A stretch of DNA of 32,000 nucleotides. It comes from Phycisphaera mikurensis NBRC 102666. GTDB lineage: Bacteria; Planctomycetota; Phycisphaerae; Phycisphaerales; Phycisphaeraceae. The stretch spans positions 1,620,001 through 1,652,000 of the forward strand of contig NC_017080.1 in the NCBI RefSeq assembly GCF_000284115.1, given 5' to 3'. A program made the translations under genes and the position numbers. Positions 19,327 through 27,370 of the stretch are shown here, piece by piece. The notes beneath the pieces are model-generated. The model saw nothing but the letters and a program-made list of their open reading frames with translations, had not been told where the DNA came from and made no database searches. Every line of letters begins with the position of its first letter. Within the stretch, counting starts at the first letter, position 1.

Positions 19327-20628
19327 ATGGACGCCCTTTTGATCGAGCCGCTCGAACCCTTCACCGCCTCCGTGCTCGTGCCCGGGAGCAAGTCGCTGTC
19401 CAACCGGGCGCTCGTGCTCGCCGCTCTTGCGCAGGGCCGGTCCGAGCTCTCGGGGGTGCTCTTCAGCGACGATTCGCGGGCGATGATGGACGGTCTGGTT
19501 GCGCTGGGCTACGGCCTGGAGATCGACGAGGAGGCCGCGACCGTCGCCGTCGAGGGGCGCGGCCGGCCGCCGGCGGCGGAGGCCGAGCTGTTCTGCGGCA
19601 ACGCCGGCACGGCGATGCGCTTCCTCGCGGCGCTGTGCTGCCTGGGCGCCGGCAGCTACCGGCTCGACGGGATCCAGCGCATGCGGGAGCGGCCCATCGG
19701 CGAGCTCGTCGACCAGCTGCGCGTGCTCGGGGCGGACATCGCTTACGAGGGCGAGGAGGGCTTCCCGCCGCTCCGCATCGAGGGCGCACCGCTCGACCTG
19801 GAGAGCGTCCGCCTGAAGATCGGCACCACGCTGTCGAGCCAGTACGTGTCGGCCCTCCTGCAGATCGGGCCGTACCTGCCCGAAGGGCTCGAGGTCGAGA
19901 TGGTCGGCGAGGAGATCACCTCGCTGCCGTACCTCAAGATGACGCTCAAGCTCATGCGGCAGTTCCGCGTGAAGAGCGAGGCTCACCGCGGCTACCGCGC
20001 CCTCATCGTGCCCAAGAAGCGCTACAGAGCCCAGAAGATGGCGATCGAGCCCGACGCCAGCAACGCCAGCTACTTCCTCGCCGCCGCCGCCGTCGTGCCC
20101 GGGTCCCGCTGCACCGTCGAGGGCCTCGGCAGCAACAGCGTGCAGGGCGACATGCGCTTCTGCGAACTGCTCGGCCGCATGGGTTGCGAGGTCGACCAGC
20201 ACCTCGATCGGACCACGGTCTGGAGGCCCGACGACGGGCGGAAGCTCCGCGGCCTCTCGGTCGACCTCAACGCGATGCCCGACATGGCCCAGACCCTCGC
20301 CGTGGTCGCGCTCTTCGCCGAGGGCCCCACGACGATCGCCAACGTCGGCAACCTCCGCGTGAAGGAGACCGATCGCATGGAAGCCCTGCGCGTGGAGCTG
20401 ACCAAGCTCGGCGCGTCCGTCGGCGTCGTCGGCGACGACCTCACGATCCGCCCCCCCGAGAGCGGGAGGATCACGCCCGCCGCGATCGACACCTACGACG
20501 ACCACCGCATGGCGATGGCCTTCGCCGTCGCCGGCCTCGCTCAGCCCGGCGTCACGATCAACGACCCCGGCTGCGTGAACAAGACCTTCCCGAGGTTCTT
20601 CGAGGTGCTGGAGACGCTCCGCGGCTGA
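19327..20628 (+). CDS. aroA: 3-phosphoshikimate 1-carboxyvinyltransferase (EPSP synthase)
   Basis: 433 aa; VPGSKSLSNRALVLAALAQG, LFCGNAGTAMRFL, RVKETDR, YDDHRMAMAFAVAGL, CVNKTFPRFFEVL. Confidence 0.97.
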   Translation: MDALLIEPLEPFTASVLVPGSKSLSNRALVLAALAQGRSELSGVLFSDDSRAMMDGLVALGYGLEIDEEAATVAVEGRGRPPAAEAELFCGNAGTAMRFLAALCCLGAGSYRLDGIQRMRERPIGELVDQLRVLGADIAYEGEEGFPPLRIEGAPLDLESVRLKIGTTLSSQYVSALLQIGPYLPEGLEVEMVGEEITSLPYLKMTLKLMRQFRVKSEAHRGYRALIVPKKRYRAQKMAIEPDASNASYFLAAAAVVPGSRCTVEGLGSNSVQGDMRFCELLGRMGCEVDQHLDRTTVWRPDDGRKLRGLSVDLNAMPDMAQTLAVVALFAEGPTTIANVGNLRVKETDRMEALRVELTKLGASVGVVGDDLTIRPPESGRITPAAIDTYDDHRMAMAFAVAGLAQPGVTINDPGCVNKTFPRFFEVLETLRG

Positions 20629-20774
20629 GGCCTCGTGATCCTCCGGACACAACAGACACACCTGTGACCTCGACGCCGGGGAACAGCTCCGGGCGGCCCG
20701 CCCCCATCCTCCTCAACCACCGAGATGGGCGTCTTCCGCGGCGCAAGCATCGCCGTGAAGGACCGCGTCGAACA

Positions 20775-21461
20775 ACAGAGCGGCGTCGCCGCTCCGCTCT
20801 CGGAGCCAGCCCCTGGCCGCGGTAGCTGCGTGGCGACGCCACGCTGTCCGAGTCGCCAATGCAGCTCCCTCGCGCACAAGCCAGACAGAGCGGCGTCGCC
20901 GCTCAGCTCTCGAAGCCAACGGCGCCACGCCGTCCGCGTCCCCGTCCAGCTTCTTCGCGCACAAGCCAGACAGAGCGGCGTCGCCGCTCAGCTCTCGAAG
21001 CCAACGGCGCCACGCTGTCCGCGTCCCCATCCAGCGTCTTCGCGCACAAGCCAGACAGAGCGGCGTCGCCGCTCAGCTCTCGAAGCCAACGGCGCCACGC
21101 CGTCCGCGTCCCCGTCCAGCGTCTTCGCGCACAAGCCAGACAGAGCGGCGTCGCCGCTCAGCTCTCGAAGCCAACGGCGCCACGCCGTCCGCGTCCCCGT
21201 CCAGCGTCTTCGCGCACAAGCCAGACAGAGCGGCGTCGCCGCTCAGCTCTCGGAGCCAACGGCGCCACGCCGTCCGCGTCCCCATCCAGCGTCTTCGCGC
21301 ACAAGCCAGACAGAGCGGCGTCGCCGCTCAGCTCTCGGAGCCAGCCTGGCCGCGGTAGCTGCGTGGCGACGCCACGCTGTCCGAGCCGCGATCCAGCTCC
21401 CTCGCGCACAAGCCAGACAGAGCGGCGTCGCCGCTCCGCTCGCGCGGGCGGCCTGGCCGCG
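20775..21461. repeat. Tandem array, 85-bp unit, with longer 107-110 bp variant units at each edge
   Basis: GCGCACAAGCCAGACAGAGCGGCGTCGCCGCTCAGCTCTCG(A/G)AGCCAACGGCGCCACGC(C/T)GTCCGCGTCCCC(G/A)TCCAGC(G/T)TCTTC; units begin at 20872, 20957, 21042, 21127, 21212, 21297 (exact 85-bp spacing) and 21404 (107 bp); upstream related copy ~20775. Confidence 0.97.
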
Positions 21462-21539
21462 ATCGGGTCGGATCCGCGTGGCGGCGAAGGCTCCGGGGAA
21501 CCCCGAACGCTCGGGCTCCGGCCTCCGTACGATCCGCTC

Positions 21540-21953
21540 ATGAGACGCACGACGAGAAACGGGGCCTTCACGCTCATCGAGATCATGGTGGTGGTGATCG
21601 TGATCGGCGTGCTGTCGGCGCTGATCCTGCCGTCCTTCCTGGGCCGGGCGGAGAAGGCCCGGGTGGCGACCGCGAAGCAGCAGATCAGCGTGCTGGAGAC
21701 GGCGATCACGCTGTTCCAGAGCGACTACGCCCGCTTCCCCGACACGCTGGACGAGCTTGTGGAGAAGCCCTCGGACATCGACGAAGCGCAGTGGACGCCG
21801 CCGACGATCAAGGAGAAGAACCTCGAGGACCCCTGGGGCAACCGCTTCGTCTACCGGCAGCCCGGGGACAACGGCCCGTTCGATCTGCTCTCGATGGGCG
21901 CGGACGGGGTCGTCGGGGGCGAGGGCGACGGCGCGGACGTGGTGAACTGGTGA
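21540..21953 (+). CDS. gspG: Type II secretion major pseudopilin GspG
   Basis: 137 aa; GAFTLIEIMVVVIVIGVLSALILPSFLG, DPWGNRFVYRQPG..GPFDLLSMGADGVVGGEGDGADVVNW (GspG signature). Confidence 0.95.
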   Translation: MRRTTRNGAFTLIEIMVVVIVIGVLSALILPSFLGRAEKARVATAKQQISVLETAITLFQSDYARFPDTLDELVEKPSDIDEAQWTPPTIKEKNLEDPWGNRFVYRQPGDNGPFDLLSMGADGVVGGEGDGADVVNW

Positions 21954-22552
21954 GAAGCCAAGCGACGGAGCACGCCGTGGCGTTGCGCTGCACACCGCGG
22001 CGTGCCGACCGCCGCCACGCCCCCGCCTTCACCCTCATCGAGGTGATGGTGGTGGTGATCGTGGTGGTTGTGCTCGCGGGCCTGGCGGCACCGATGCTCG
22101 GGCAGCGGCGGGCGGCGGCGGAGCTGGCGGCGGCGGCGCGGCGGGTGGCCCAAGCGGCGCAGCTGGGGCGGCAGGAGGCGGCGCGGACGCGCGCGGAGGT
22201 GCGGCTGGTGGTGGGGCGGGAGGCGGAGAATGCCTGGACGCTCGAGACCGACGGCGACGAGGGGCCGGACGGGCCGCCGGTGCCGGTGCGGCGCGGCGGC
22301 CTGGGCGGGGGCACGCTGCCGGCGGGCCTGGCCTTCGCGGGCGTGGAGGCGGCGCCGGGTGCGGGAGCGGACGAGGATCCCGCCGGCGACACGGTGCGTT
22401 TCCTCGCGGGCGGCGGGGCGACGGCGGCGGCGGTGCGGCTGACCGGGCCGGCGGGCACGCGGGCGGTGCGGATCCACCCCAGCGGCCGGGTCGAGGTGGC
22501 GGCGGAGGCGGCGGGCCCGCCGGGGGGGAGGGTGGATCTTGACCTCGACTAG
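21950..22552 (+). CDS. gspH: GspH-like minor pseudopilin
   Basis: GTG start overlapping gspG stop (GTGA); PAFTLIEVMVVVIVVVVLAGLAAPMLGQRRAAAELAAAARRVAQAAQLGRQEAARTRAEVRLVV. Confidence 0.8.
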   Translation: MRSQATEHAVALRCTPRRADRRHAPAFTLIEVMVVVIVVVVLAGLAAPMLGQRRAAAELAAAARRVAQAAQLGRQEAARTRAEVRLVVGREAENAWTLETDGDEGPDGPPVPVRRGGLGGGTLPAGLAFAGVEAAPGAGADEDPAGDTVRFLAGGGATAAAVRLTGPAGTRAVRIHPSGRVEVAAEAAGPPGGRVDLDLD

Positions 22553-22976
22553 CGCGAAGCGGCCCGCCCGCTCCCGGGCCTTCTCGCTGGTCGAGGTCCT
22601 CCTCGCCGGCGTGCTCCTCGCCCTCTTCGGTGCCGCGCTCGCCTCCTCGGTGGGCCAGGCCGCCGACGCCCGCGCCCGCTCGGCCGCGGATCGCGCGGCG
22701 GCGGAGGCGCTGGAGGACGTGCTGACCCGGGTCGACCTGCTCGGTCCGCGGCGGCTGGAGCGGGAGGGGCCCACCGAGGGGGAGCTCGCGATCGGCGGGA
22801 TGCCCTGGGCGTGGGGGCTGGAGATCACGCAGCGGCCCGCCTCGGACCTCTTCGAGGTGAAGGCGACGGCGCGGCCGGGCGGCGAGACGACGGGGGCCGA
22901 GCGGGTGGCCCACACGCTGCTGATGGACCCGGTGGGCTGGCGTGACGCGTCGTACCGGTGGGAGGACCTGGATTGA
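22539..22976 (+). CDS. gspI: GspI-like minor pseudopilin
   Basis: TTG start; RAFSLVEVLLAGVLLALFGAALASS prepilin N-terminus, position third in pseudopilin run. Confidence 0.75.
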   Translation: MTSTSAKRPARSRAFSLVEVLLAGVLLALFGAALASSVGQAADARARSAADRAAAEALEDVLTRVDLLGPRRLEREGPTEGELAIGGMPWAWGLEITQRPASDLFEVKATARPGGETTGAERVAHTLLMDPVGWRDASYRWEDLD

Positions 22977-23665
22977 GCGGCGTCGGCCGCCGAGCGGGAC
23001 GCGCCGGCTTCACGCTCGTCGAGCTGCTGGTCGTCGCCGTCGTGGGCGCGGTGGTGGTGGGGGCGGCGGCCGCCTTCTTCGCCCAGGCGGCGGCGGCCCG
23101 CGAGCGGGTGGACGCGGCGGTGGAGGTGGGGGCCGAGGCGGACGCGGCGCTGGCGGCGGTGGTGGACGCGGTCCGCGGGGCGGTGCGGCCGGTGGCCGGG
23201 GCGGGGCCGCCGGCGTCGCTGGAGGACGACCCCGGCGGGGTGCGCTTCGAGCTGGAGCCCGGGGGCGAGGGCGCCGGCGACGCCGCGGCGAGCCGGCTCA
23301 CGCTCAACGCGTGGTCGGCGGAGCCGGTGCGTCCGGGGCGGGCGGAGTCGGACTGGCAGGAGACCGAGCTGTACCTGGAAGCGGATGGCGAGGATCCCCT
23401 GGCCCCGCCCTCGCTGAAGCGTCGCCGCGACCCGACGCTGCGGGCCGTCGAGGCCGGCGAGCCGGGAGGCGTCGTGGAGACGGTCGCCGCGGGCGTGGTC
23501 GGCTTCTCCGTCCGCGTCTTCGACGGCGAGGACTGGCAGGAGGCCTGGCCGCCGGTCGAGGACCCGCGGCCGCGGCTGCCCGAGGCGGTGCGGGTGAGCC
23601 TGACGGTCGTCGGGAGCGACGGGCGGTCGGTCTCGCGGGAGCGGCTGATCGGGGGCCTGCGGTGA
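22958..23665 (+). CDS. gspJ: GspJ-like minor pseudopilin
   Basis: AGFTLVELLVVAVVGAVVVGAAAAFFAQAAAARERVD; alternative TTG start at 22973 overlapping the preceding stop. Confidence 0.75.
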   Translation: MGGPGLSGVGRRAGRAGFTLVELLVVAVVGAVVVGAAAAFFAQAAAARERVDAAVEVGAEADAALAAVVDAVRGAVRPVAGAGPPASLEDDPGGVRFELEPGGEGAGDAAASRLTLNAWSAEPVRPGRAESDWQETELYLEADGEDPLAPPSLKRRRDPTLRAVEAGEPGGVVETVAAGVVGFSVRVFDGEDWQEAWPPVEDPRPRLPEAVRVSLTVVGSDGRSVSRERLIGGLR

Positions 23666-24876
23666 GGCGGTCCCCCGCTCGCGGCGCGGCGTTGCTGATC
23701 GTGCTCTGGCTCCTGCTCCTGCTCGGCCTCGTCGTGCTCGGCCTCAACCGCGGTAGCCAGCTGCTGGCCGGCGAGTCGGGCGCGGCGGTGGGCGCGGTGC
23801 AGGCGCGCTGGGCGGCGCGGGCCGGCCTGGAGCAGGTGCTCGAGCGGCTGGAGACGGACCTCTCCCCCGAGGACGGCCCGGCCGATGCGTGGTGGGACGA
23901 CCCGGAGGCTTTCGAAGAGGTCGAGCTCGCCCCCGGCTTCGCGTTCACCGTCTCCACGCCCGGCCTCGCCGAGGGCAGCGTCCGCTTCGGCCCGGCCGAC
24001 CTGAGCGGGCGGCTGCCGATCAACGCGGCGACCCTCGGGCAGATCGACGCGTTGCCGACGGTGAGCGAGGAGAACGCCGGCGCCATCGTCGATTGGCGTG
24101 ACGCCAACGACGACCCGAGCCCCGGCGGCGCCGAGCGTGCGGCGTACGACGCGCTGGAGCTGCCGACCGACATCCGCAACGGCCCCTTCCGCACCGTGGC
24201 CGAGCTGCGGCTGGTCGAGGGCGTCGACGGCTTCGCCTACGCCGGTGATCCGGCCGCGGGCGTCGCGGGCCTCGCCGACCTCACGACGCCCTACAGCTAC
24301 GACCCCGACACCACGCCGTCGGGTCAGGAGAAGATCCGGCTGGACCGGCTCGAGGCGAGCACGCTCCGCGAGCGCTACCGCTTCACCCGGGGCCTGGCCG
24401 ACGCGGTGGCGGAAGAGGACGACGTCCGGAGCGTCTTCGATCTCGTCGGGCTCGACGGCGGCGGCGGGGGGGAGCGGGGCGAGATCGACGAGATTGGCTT
24501 CCAGTGGGCGGCGGACCGTGTGGAGGACTTCGTCGCCGCGGACGACGCCGACGAGGAGCGGGGGCCCGGGCGCGTCAACGTCAACACGGCGCCGCTCGCG
24601 GTGCTCGAGGCGATCCTCGGGCCCGACGTCGCCGCCGACGTCGCAGCCGGTCGGACCTCCGCGGGCTTCGCCTCGCTGGGCGACCTCACCAGGCAGAGCC
24701 TCGTGCCCGAGGACGATTTCGAGGCGGCGGCGGCCGGGCTCACCGTCCGGTCCCGCGTCTTCGGGGTCACCTCCTCCGGCACGGCACCCGGCGGCCGCAC
24801 GGCGACGCTGCGTGCGGTGGTCGATCGCGGGGCGGCGGGGGAGCGGCCGGTCGTGCGGTGGTTGCACGATCGGTGA
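23662..24876 (+). CDS. gspK: GspK-like pseudopilin
   Basis: 404 aa, GTG start; ARGAALLIVLWLLLLLGLVVLGL, SGRLPINAATL, GRVNVNTAPLAVLEAILG. Confidence 0.88.
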   Translation: MRRSPARGAALLIVLWLLLLLGLVVLGLNRGSQLLAGESGAAVGAVQARWAARAGLEQVLERLETDLSPEDGPADAWWDDPEAFEEVELAPGFAFTVSTPGLAEGSVRFGPADLSGRLPINAATLGQIDALPTVSEENAGAIVDWRDANDDPSPGGAERAAYDALELPTDIRNGPFRTVAELRLVEGVDGFAYAGDPAAGVAGLADLTTPYSYDPDTTPSGQEKIRLDRLEASTLRERYRFTRGLADAVAEEDDVRSVFDLVGLDGGGGGERGEIDEIGFQWAADRVEDFVAADDADEERGPGRVNVNTAPLAVLEAILGPDVAADVAAGRTSAGFASLGDLTRQSLVPEDDFEAAAAGLTVRSRVFGVTSSGTAPGGRTATLRAVVDRGAAGERPVVRWLHDR

Positions 24877-24921
24877 ATCCCCGGCCCGCTCCGCCCGCCG
24901 CCGCACTACCTTCACCCGCTC

Positions 24922-26268
24922 ATGGCCCGGCTCTTCTCGCTCGGAACCTCGAAGCGCGTGCCTCCTGCGGGTGTCGCGGGCGGTGTGCGGGTGGCGCTCG
25001 CGGGGGCCTGGCCCGCTTGGACGGCGGCGGAGCCCGCCGGTGACGGACCGGCGGTGACGGGTCTGGGGCCCGGGCGGGTCCGGGTGAAGCGGGTGACGCT
25101 CCCGCCGGCCGCGGCGCCCGCGGCGGCGGGTGCCGCGGCCCTGCAGGCGGAGGGCCTGCTCCCCGAGGGCGTCACCGGCGACACCGCGGCCGGCGAGGCC
25201 GACGCCGGCCACCGCGTCTGGATCGCGGCGGTGTCGGCCGCGTCGCGCGGCGGCGTCGGCGGCCCGGTGGCCGACGCCGCGACGGGCCTCGCGGCGCTGC
25301 TCGCCAGCGACCTGGGGCTGCGGCACACCGCCGCCGAGCGGCTGGAGGCCGGCGTGCTGCTGCTCGCCGCCGAGGCCGGCCGTGTGCAGGGTGTGCGGCT
25401 GGACGCGAGCGGGCCGGCGGAGTCGGTGGTGGTCGACGCGGACGACGGCTGGGCCGCGGCCCTGGCGGATCGGCTCGACGGCCCGTTCGTGACCGCCGTC
25501 GCCGTGGGCGAGCCGGTCGCCGGCGGCGTTTGGCCGGGCGTCGTGAGCTTGGACCCCGGTGAAGCTCTCGCCCGCGGCGCGCCGGCCCTGGAGGGCGCCG
25601 GCTGGCGGGCGGCGGGCGCCGCGGCCGCCGCGGCGTTGCCGTCGCTGCCGGTCCTCGGGGCCGACCCCCAGCAGGAGGACGACGGCCGCGGCGCACCGCC
25701 GCCGAGGCTCTGGATCGCTGCGGCCGCGGCCGTCGTGGTCGGCCTGGTCGCCCTCGCCGCCGCCGACCTTTCCGCCGCCGCTCGTCTGGACGAGGCGCTC
25801 GCCGCGCGGCCGGAGCTGGCGGAGGCCCAGGCCGAGCTCGCCGCGGACACCGCCCGCTTCGCGTGGCTCGAGAGCGGCGGCCCCACGCCGCTGGCGGTCC
25901 TCGACGAGCTGACGGCGCTCTCCGGCGGCGTCGTGCCCGCGAAGATCGTGGTCGGTGCGGGCAAGATCACGCTGGAGGGCTCCGTGCAGGAGGCCTCGGC
26001 CCTGGACGGCTTCGTCGACCGGCTCGCCGGTGCAGAGACCTTCACGGCCGTCAAGGTCCAGCAGTCCGAGAAGGTCGGCGACAACGAGCTGAAGTACGTG
26101 CTGAACGCCGTGCCGGTGGATCGCTTCTACGACGCCTTTGTCCCCGCTCCCGCGGGTGAGGAGGGGGACGGCGAGGAGGAGCGGCCCGGCCGCGATAGGC
26201 AAGACGCGGGAGCCCCGGACGCCGTCAACGCCGCCGAACCCGACGGTTCCACCGGAGGCGCCGAGTGA
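24922..26268 (+). CDS. GspL/PilN-like type II secretion inner-membrane protein
   Basis: 448 aa; single TM LWIAAAAAVVVGLVALAAADLS followed by PilN-like VLDELTALSGGVVPAKIVVGAGKITLEGSVQEASALDGFVDRLAGAETFTAVKV; operon position. Confidence 0.65.
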   Translation: MARLFSLGTSKRVPPAGVAGGVRVALAGAWPAWTAAEPAGDGPAVTGLGPGRVRVKRVTLPPAAAPAAAGAAALQAEGLLPEGVTGDTAAGEADAGHRVWIAAVSAASRGGVGGPVADAATGLAALLASDLGLRHTAAERLEAGVLLLAAEAGRVQGVRLDASGPAESVVVDADDGWAAALADRLDGPFVTAVAVGEPVAGGVWPGVVSLDPGEALARGAPALEGAGWRAAGAAAAAALPSLPVLGADPQQEDDGRGAPPPRLWIAAAAAVVVGLVALAAADLSAAARLDEALAARPELAEAQAELAADTARFAWLESGGPTPLAVLDELTALSGGVVPAKIVVGAGKITLEGSVQEASALDGFVDRLAGAETFTAVKVQQSEKVGDNELKYVLNAVPVDRFYDAFVPAPAGEEGDGEEERPGRDRQDAGAPDAVNAAEPDGSTGGAE

Positions 26269-26807
26269 ACGCCCGCGAGAAGCGTGTGGTGATTGCCGGG
26301 GCCGCGTTGCTGCTGGTCGGCGTCGCGTGGCGCGGCGGCGGGGCCGAAGCGATCGGCCGGTGGGGCGACGCCCGCGCCCGGCTCGCCGCCGAGGGCGACC
26401 GCGTGGCCGAGCTCGGCCGCCGGGCCGAGCAACGCGACGCGGTCGCCGGGCGGCTGCGCCAGCGGCTGGGCCCGGGCGCCGCCGCCGCCCCGGCCCCGCT
26501 GGTCGAGGTCCAGGCCGCGTACCCGGCCGAGGTGCGGGCAGCGCTCGGCGACGCCGGCCTGGGCGTGGAGAGCGTCGCGGTGCAGGGCATCGAGCGGGTG
26601 AAGAACCTCGGCAGCGTCGAGCTGGTCCGCGTGCGGGTGCAGGGCGAAGCGGACGGGACGGACCTGCCCGCCGTGCTCGCCGCGACGCGGGCGGTGCCGC
26701 GGCCGACGCGGGTGGAAGAGATCCAGCTCGAACGCCAAGACGGGGACGGCTGGGGCGTCCGGTTGCGGCTGGCGACGCCGGCGCTGCGGTCCGGGGGCGA
26801 CCGATGA
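26265..26807 (+). CDS. GspM/PilO-like protein
   Basis: 180 aa, GTGA overlap; N-terminal MNAREKRVVIAGAALLLVGVAW TM then coiled-coil; operon position. Confidence 0.55.
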   Translation: MNAREKRVVIAGAALLLVGVAWRGGGAEAIGRWGDARARLAAEGDRVAELGRRAEQRDAVAGRLRQRLGPGAAAAPAPLVEVQAAYPAEVRAALGDAGLGVESVAVQGIERVKNLGSVELVRVRVQGEADGTDLPAVLAATRAVPRPTRVEEIQLERQDGDGWGVRLRLATPALRSGGDR

Positions 26808-27340
26808 GCCGCGACACCCGCAACGCTCTCCTCCGCGCGGCCCTCGTGCTCGTGTTCGGCTTCGCCGCCGTCCTGCTCGTGCTCGCCTTCCAACGCCATG
26901 ACGCCGCGGGCGGCCTCGAGGAGGACCTCGCCGACCTGACCGCGGCGCTGGAAGAGAAAGCCGCGGCGGACCCGGCGGGCGAGGACGACCTGGGCGAGCG
27001 CGTCGGCGAGCGGATGCGGCAGCGGTTCGTCTTCGGATCGGCGCCCGAAGACCGCTTCCGCAGCGTGCGCGGGGTGCTCGGGGACCGCGTCTTCTTCGAG
27101 GGGGGCGAGAGCGTCCGCGTCGGCGAGAGCTTCGACGGGGCGGAGGTGCTGGGGGTCGGAGCCGAGTCGGTCCGGTTCCGCCACGAGGGCGAGGAGGTGA
27201 CGATCGACGTGGGCGGCGGCGGCGGCGGTGGAGCCAGCGGCGGCTTCGGGGGGTTCTCCGGCGGCCCGTCCGGCTTCGGCGGCTTCCCCGGTGGCGACCG
27301 CCCCCGCGGCTCCGGGAACCCACGCCGCCCGCGCTCGTAA
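26804..27340 (+). CDS. Small TM protein of the T2SS operon (possible GspC/PilP-type component)
   Basis: 178 aa, ATGA overlap; one N-terminal TM, periplasmic part ...RVFFEGGESVRVGESFDGAEVLGVGAESVRFRHEGEEVTIDVGGG resembling the short beta domain of GspC/PilP. Confidence 0.5.
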   Translation: MSRDTRNALLRAALVLVFGFAAVLLVLAFQRHDAAGGLEEDLADLTAALEEKAAADPAGEDDLGERVGERMRQRFVFGSAPEDRFRSVRGVLGDRVFFEGGESVRVGESFDGAEVLGVGAESVRFRHEGEEVTIDVGGGGGGGASGGFGGFSGGPSGFGGFPGGDRPRGSGNPRRPRS

Positions 27341-27370
27341 CGTCGGTCTCCGGGTTCCCCTTTGCCGCTC

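Noticed and set aside
18277-20661. 794-aa minus-strand ORF
   Set aside because: Antisense to confidently identified hisG and aroA; low-complexity Arg/Ala/His composition typical of high-GC shadow frames.
20775-21461. CRISPR array
   Set aside because: Units are near-identical over the full 85 bp with no unique spacers, and no cas genes are present.
20725-21543. Long ORFs across the repeat array (272 aa, plus the 5' part of 20859..21953 and minus-strand 105/112-aa ORFs)
   Set aside because: The 85-bp period is not divisible by 3, so the same repeat peptide appears successively in different frames; these are open frames from GC-rich sequence without stops rather than genes. The true gspG start is at 21540.
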